Source: an uncultured bacterium | Lineage (GTDB): Bacteria > Hydrogenedentota > Hydrogenedentia > Hydrogenedentales > JAEUWI01 | DNA: 27,972 bases | Assembly (NCBI GenBank): GCA_963977445.1 | Contig: CAXBPH010000070.1 | Span: 1-27,972 of the forward strand | Reading direction: 5' to 3' | In this document: piece by piece, positions 26,511-27,972 of the stretch | Layout: each line of letters starts with the position of its first letter | Numbering within the stretch: the first letter of the stretch is position 1 | Notes under the pieces: model-generated | The model's database searches: none | The model's input: only the letters and a program-made list of their open reading frames with translations | Told to the model about the DNA's origin: nothing | Position numbers and translations under genes: made by a program

Positions 26511-26799
26511 GGGGCTTAGACATTCTTGTCTGAGACAAAGCCCACCACCATGATCGAGGGGGCTCATTGGCATGTAAGTTTGTCCCCGTCTAATTAACAA
26601 TCGTACGGAAGCTACGGGATTGGGTGCTGAGGAGCGCGGCGCGGTTGGTATACAGCATGATTCGTCCAACATGTTCCTGCACTCACTATTCAACGATAAA
26701 TTAGTAATGTATTCTTAGGCCTCCCATTCCGTCCAAGAGAAACGCCGGGCCACTTCACAATCACGAGGGCTTTGTCTCAGACAAGAATGTCTAAGCCCC
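26511..26799. repeat. 289-bp element bounded by perfect 33-bp inverted repeats (REP doublet/REPIN or MITE-like)
   Basis: GGGGCTTAGACATTCTTGTCTGAGACAAAGCCC (26511-26543) and its exact reverse complement (26767-26799). Confidence 0.85.
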
Positions 26800-26862
26800 G
26801 ATCTACCGCAATGCGGAAGATGCTTTGGGATTCGCAGCTACACGTACGCGATAACCGGCGTC

Positions 26863-27720
26863 CTAAAGGCTCCTCAACCGTGGATACTTTTCCAGCAGGG
26901 TTTCGGGCAAGCCCCCGACGTCGCCACCCATCGCTGCCTGTATCTCCAGCGCATTCACCACGGCCTGGCCCTGAAAGTGGTTGTTTGTCACCACGTAGAC
27001 CTTCTCCGCCTTCGCCTGCATATTCCTCAGCTTTGCCAGCCAGGGCTTCAACTCCTCTTCGCTGTACAGGTAATCGTACCGTTCATTCTGACCCGCCCCT
27101 TCGCGAAACCAGTTGTCGTAGTTCCGCCCGTGAAAGCGAACGTACGCCAGGGGCGCGGTCACGCGGTCCGACGGCCCGATGGAGTCCTTGAAAATGGGCT
27201 GATCGATGTTGCAGAAGGCAATATCCCGCTCCTGCAAGCCCGCGTACACCTCGGGCAGGTCCCACGTGCTGTGACGCAGCTCCACCACCAGCGGATAGTC
27301 TGAGAACTCATCCGCCACCTTCCCCAGCCACAACCGATTCTCCGCCGTCCGCCGGAAGCTCCAGGGGAATTGCACCAACACCGCCCCCAGCCGTCCCGCC
27401 GCCTTCAACGGCCGGATACCATCCCGATATTGCTTAATCTCTGACGGCATTGGCCAGGACTCGCGGTGGTGGGTAAAGCGTTCCCACAACTTCGCTGTAA
27501 ATTGAAAGTCCGGGTGATCCGCGACAAGCCGCACCCAGGATTCCGCATGCTTCGCGGCAGGAGGCCGATAGAAACTCGAATTAATCTCTACTGTGTTGAA
27601 CCAACGGGCCAGCCAGGGTAAGGCGTGAAAACCCTTTCCCCGCTTCTCTGGATACACAATCCCATTCCAGTCCGCATAGGACCAGCCTGCGGTGCCTATA
27701 TAAATCTTTCCCTGCTTCAA
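26863..27720 (-). CDS. DUF72 (YecE-like) domain protein
   Basis: Motifs IGTAGWSY, FNTVEINSSFYRPP, LVQFPWSF, ELRHSTW, YVRFHGRN and RYDYLYSEEEL. TTG start. Confidence 0.92.
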   Translation of the reverse strand: MKQGKIYIGTAGWSYADWNGIVYPEKRGKGFHALPWLARWFNTVEINSSFYRPPAAKHAESWVRLVADHPDFQFTAKLWERFTHHRESWPMPSEIKQYRDGIRPLKAAGRLGAVLVQFPWSFRRTAENRLWLGKVADEFSDYPLVVELRHSTWDLPEVYAGLQERDIAFCNIDQPIFKDSIGPSDRVTAPLAYVRFHGRNYDNWFREGAGQNERYDYLYSEEELKPWLAKLRNMQAKAEKVYVVTNNHFQGQAVVNALEIQAAMGGDVGGLPETLLEKYPRLRSL

Positions 27721-27917
27721 GAACTTTTTCCTTTTGGCCTCAGTATAGCGTTCTGAGTAATCTTACGAAAGCATACACAGGGACGTCCCGCCGCAACAGA
27801 CACGGGCACAAACGGATTTCTCTCAAATGCGTCCAACACGGTCATCCGTTGAATGTCATACCTCAAGCTGCATGGCACCTCGTGGTCTTACATGTCTCTT
27901 CGAATGCCTTGTGTCGG

Positions 27918-27972
27918 GCAGGTATGCCCAACCCCCTGAGGAACACACCAACAGGGGGTTGGGCATACCTGC
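27918..27972. repeat. REP-like hairpin, perfect 21-bp arms, truncated by the window end
   Basis: GCAGGTATGCCCAACCCCCTG-(13 nt)-CAGGGGGTTGGGCATACCTGC. Confidence 0.75.

Noticed and set aside
26511..26799. Tn3-family transposon ends (GGGG start) or an internal RAYT fragment
   Set aside because: There is no 5-bp target duplication and no Tn3-like internal sequence. The interior translation has only a trivial NPV resemblance to RAYT.
1..27972. CRISPR array, rRNA or tRNA genes
   Set aside because: No regularly spaced repeat-spacer array or recognisable structural RNA gene was seen.

Overview
Bacterial genomic window. The DUF1559/prepilin protein with its [14 protein letters not shown] motif suggests Ca. 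Hydrogenedentota (inference). Bases 1-18.4 kb look like a heavy-metal (probably Cu/Ag) response locus. It contains a small secreted repeat protein, a STAS protein, a DUF1559 prepilin-type protein, a secreted triple YHS/TRASH-like Cys-rich protein, a sigma54-dependent NtrC-family regulator with a His-rich sensor kinase, a decayed P1B-ATPase (copA-like) 3' remnant, and a cusB-cusA-OMF-OMF efflux operon. The main observation is regulatory: nearly every transcription unit in this half has a sigma54 -24/-12 promoter preceded about 60-150 bp upstream by tandem copies of one palindrome (GTGRWCAG-N3-CTGWYCAC). This defines a probable local regulon that ties several unannotated genes to metal efflux. 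Bases 18.8-28 kb look like ordinary genes: a sugar ABC permease and binding protein with no ATPase, a hypothetical protein, DUF2254, an alpha/beta hydrolase, a ChaN-family lipoprotein and DUF72, interspersed with three different REP-like inverted repeats. All family assignments come from motif recognition by eye; no database searches were run.
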